From contig CM059432.1 in NCBI GenBank assembly GCA_030390025.1, positions 137,518,001-137,582,000 of the forward strand: a stretch of DNA of 64,000 nucleotides. The letters run 5' to 3'. Source of the stretch: Squalus acanthias. Its lineage: Eukaryota. The translations under genes and the position numbers were made by a program. Under the pieces are notes generated by a model that saw nothing but the letters and a program-made list of their open reading frames with translations, searched no databases and had not been told where the DNA came from. How positions within the stretch are numbered: position 1 is the first letter of the stretch; each line of letters opens with the position of its first letter. Of this stretch, positions 60,640 to 64,000 are shown one piece after another.

Positions 60640-60995
60640 GTTTTCTCACTCCAGGTTAAAGAGGAATCTAATAAAGGGTTTTCAAAATTATGAACTGTTT
60701 TCAGAGGGTAAATAGTGAAAGATTGATTGGTGAATTGCTAACAATCGTAATTATTAGTATCAAGACAAAATTAGAAATGTTTTCACACAGGGTTGTTGTA
60801 ACATAGGGTGCTTTACCACAAGTGGCTATTGAGATAGGCAGTGTAACATTACTTAGAAGGAAATTGGATAAGTATTTGAAAAGGAATGAGTACAAAATCA
60901 TATGGATAAAGGAAATGGGATTAGGATAGCTCCAGTTGGAAGGTTAGCACCGTAATATGGCACAATGGAACAAATAGTCTCCATCACTGCTGATT
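60640..60995 (+). mobile_element. Old degraded CR1 fragment
   Basis: TTTTCACACAGGGTTGTT..GAAATTGGATAAGTATTTGAAAAGG. Confidence 0.55.
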
Positions 60996-61129
60996 TTAGA
61001 GTTCAAATTAAAGTTGGATGGACAGGCTAGAGTTCCAGAGGGATGAGCTTTTATGGGCTGAACACCTCTGGTTGGCAGCTGCAGGGACTGCATTGCATGG
61101 TGTTTGTGTTGGGCACCAGGTGAGGGGTG

Positions 61130-61370
61130 GTGATAACGGGTAGGAGTTTTAAAAAGTTTTTTGTAAAGTATTTTCAGATGCAGTAATATAGCTCTTGTAA
61201 AGAGCTGTTAGAGATTAAATAAAGCCACTAATGAGGCTTATAAACGAACTGTCAATCTATACTGGTTTATGCTTTTAAAAAAAAATAGCTACTCACGATT
61301 TCTTACTTAATCTCATGATTTATAAGAGTTTTTCTCATGATTTATGAGACGGTGGAGGTTGACATTACTG
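61130..61370. mobile_element. Right-end fragment of the CAGTAATGCCAAC transposon family
   Basis: Colinear with 11990-12227; ends GTTGACATTACTG. Confidence 0.8.
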
Positions 61371-62184
61371 CAGTACCAGCGTACTAACATTGAACCTAAC
61401 GTAACATGATCTCATCGAATGGCGGAGCAGGCTCGAGGGGCCGAATGGCCTACTCCTGCTCCTATCTTCTATGTTTCTATGTAACAAAGCAGAGGAAACA
61501 GACTTGACATAAAGCCTGAATTACTGCATTGCTTCTATGGAACGTGAAGGATAACTGTTCAAAAATGTTTTGAGATCTGTTCCATTATGCTGAAGGAATC
61601 TGGCCAGGAGCTGTTGAGGAGAAAGGTTTTCCCAGTGACTTTTTTTTTCTGGGTTGCACGCCGAGGGACTCGATTGACTTTATTTTTAGAACATCCAACT
61701 TTTACTTGTGGGATGTTGGGGGCACTGTTGAGAAAGAGGATGTGGCAGTTTCCCTTAACTGATGGTTAATTAGCTTCTCCAGGGAAGCCATTTCAGACGC
61801 TCTAAATAGCGTTCCAATGGAGTTGGGTCACCGGTACAAAAGACTCTGTAAATTAATTTGTCGGGGTGGAAGAAATTCTATAATATACATAACTTTGTGC
61901 ACAGACCTGCATAGTTAAAAGCATAAATCAAAATCATATCATTTAGACTGTTCTAAAAGCCTGCAATGGTATGGTTTGATGGCTACAATGTCGAAATACT
62001 ACATTCATCTCTGGAGACAATATTTTGCATTGCAGACTCAACTGGCATCTGCACCTGGGTTTTTCCCCAGGAGTCAATTTATTTTTCCCAAGCTCCTTAT
62101 GCGAGGGCTGATGGAGGAGCATCATTGCCATGAAGATGGGGATGGGAGAAGAATGCGAAAAACAAAATACTAAATTAAAATAAA

Positions 62185-62585
62185 ATAATCTTTTCTCTGG
62201 AAAAGGGAAGGCTGACGGGGTGACCCAATAGAGGTCTTAAATTATAAAGGGGTAGACGTAGAGAAGATGTTTCCACTTGTGGGGGAGACCAAAACTAGAG
62301 GCCATAAATATAAGATAGTCACTAATAAACCCAATTGGGAATCAGGAGAAACATCTTTACCCAGAGAGTGGTGAGAATGTGGAACTGCCTACCACAGGGA
62401 GTAGTTGAGACAAATACCGTAGATGCATTTAATGGGAAGCTAGATAAATACGTGGGAGAAAGGAATAGAAGGATATGCAGGTAGAGTAAGCTGAAGTAGG
62501 ATGGGAGGAGGTTTGTGTGGAGCATAAACACCGGCATAGACCAGTTGGGCCGAATGGCCTGTTTCTGTGCTGTAAATTCTATGCA
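62185..62585 (+). mobile_element. CR1 3' fragment
   Basis: Colinear with 49825-50345. Confidence 0.85.
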
Positions 62586-62983
62586 AGAAAAATGCCACAC
62601 TCGGTTGCATTTTACGCATTTCTCATTTTACTTTCGTTTATAATAAGTACTTCTGCAACTTGCACCAGTGAACCAATAGTGATCATGGACACCCCCTGGG
62701 CAGAAGATTCATGTGTTATGTGCAACTGGATAGATCCTCTAGTCATTAATTTCTTCCTTATTTCTCCACCACTCCAACATAGGACTTTCTGCTACGGCAA
62801 TATGATCCATCTAATACCCAACTGAACCCAAGAAAAAAAAACGGTTTCCATTAGGCATGACTAGGTATACATGTTATAAAGTTTCAATATTTGAACCCAA
62901 GACCTCAATAACAGAGAGCCCAGTATGATAGCTGACAATATAGCTCCTGGTCTATTGCCTAATGCTGCATAGGAGCATTTGGA

Positions 62984-63212
62984 CAAAAGCAAAATACTGC
63001 AGATGTTGGAAATCTGAAATAAAAACAGAAAATGCTAGAAATAGTCAGCTGGTCAGGCAGCACCTGTGGAGAGAGAAACCGAGTTAACGTTTCAGATCGA
63101 TGACCTTTCGTCAGAACGTACATGGCCATCGACCTGAAACGTTAACTCTTGTTTCTCTCTCCACAGATGCTGCCTGACCTGCTGAGTATTTCCAGCATTT
63201 TCTGCTTTTATT
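62984..63212. mobile_element. Inverted pair of PLE pseudo-LTR fragments
   Basis: Minus copy 62984-63117 and plus copy 63124-63212; flanks TAGGAGCATTTGGA (62970-62983) / TAGGAACATTTGGA (63213-63226). Confidence 0.85.
63082..63117 (-). ncRNA. Minimal type-I hammerhead ribozyme motif
   Basis: Minus strand GUU-CUGACGA-A-AGGUC(AUC)GAUCU-GAAA-CG-UU-AACU; stem II retained through a G-U pair. Confidence 0.65.
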
Positions 63213-63639
63213 TAGGAACATTTGGAACCAGGTTTTGCCAAATAGAAATCAAGGCAGTCTTTTCTCAAATGTAAGTATTTAGCACATTTGCAGCTATGTT
63301 ACAAAATTCACACAAGGAATATTAATTTCCTTTTGGATTACATCGTAATGCTGGGAATGTTGCATGAGGGTGGCGATCTCCACATTGCCACTGTCCACCA
63401 CGGACAGAATGCAAGTCTTGAATCTAGCCAACCCAAGTGAAAGGTTTGCTTTTGTTCAGCTTAGCCTGGAGTATATCTTAACAGGGAGTGATTGATAGAG
63501 AAATGATGCTGTCCCATTAAATGCCCCTCTCATTATGGAGCGTTCCTGAATGCAACAGTGGAGAACTCTGTACCCCGACTGTCCCACCCTACTTGCATGG
63601 TACCAGGAAGCTAATGACTGGATAAAATGGGTGGGCAGG

Positions 63640-63930
63640 GAAGTGAGGCAAAATTAGATGTCCAATCTGGTGGTTTTCCTATGAGAGAAAATCAACCAGA
63701 TTTACCTTTCCACCACCACCCACGATTTCATGGTCATCTCTGTTCTGCCAGACTGCCTATCTGACATCAAGTCAGGGGTAACCCAGAACAACTGAATGTT
63801 GGGAAAACAGAAACCATCTTATTCCACTCCTGCCAAAAGAACTATACCCTTCCCCAGCTGCTTGATCCCACTGAACTGCACAGTGCACAACTTGGGTGCA
63901 CTGTTGGACCCTAAACTGAGCTTGATGACC
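63640..63930 (+). mobile_element. Old L2 RT fragment
   Basis: GACTGCCTATCTGACATCAAGTC..CAACTGAATGTTGGGAAAACAGAA (DCLSDI..QLNVGKTE). Confidence 0.6.
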
Positions 63931-64000
63931 TAGGTTTCAGCCATTTTGGCCCAACTCATTGAAACTTCCTTCCTAAGCCTCTCCTTTCTCCCTATCCTTA

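Noticed and set aside
1..64000. CRISPR arrays, operons or other prokaryotic systems
   Set aside because: No regularly spaced repeat-spacer structure or gene-dense coding; the sequence is clearly vertebrate repeat-rich DNA.

Overview
Repeat-dense vertebrate DNA, almost certainly from a shark (elasmobranch): it carries an HE1-type V-SINE, about 20 Deu-domain SacSINE1-like SINEs, many CR1 and L2 LINE remnants and Penelope-like pieces, plus a 500-N assembly gap. Most ORFs in the supplied track are transposon remnants or chance. The window looks mostly intronic. Four candidate + strand exons (4463-4550, a 9-nt microexon at 35881-35889, a 22/25-nt exon ending at 44319, and 58195-58372) splice into one open frame that I cannot assign to a named gene. 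The most notable signal is a set of minimal type-I hammerhead-ribozyme motifs (two families, five complete cores plus a degenerate one). They lie in Penelope-like terminal repeats, and several are 90-230 bp stand-alone insertions flanked by 8-14 bp direct repeats. Also present are several non-autonomous DNA-transposon families with TIRs and TSDs (some nested), three SINE/LINE shared-tail pairs, and a ~650 bp intra-window duplication with a chimeric junction. No CRISPR, rRNA or intact tRNA gene was seen. Repeat names come from recalled consensus similarity, not database searches, and repeat boundaries are approximate unless TSDs are quoted.
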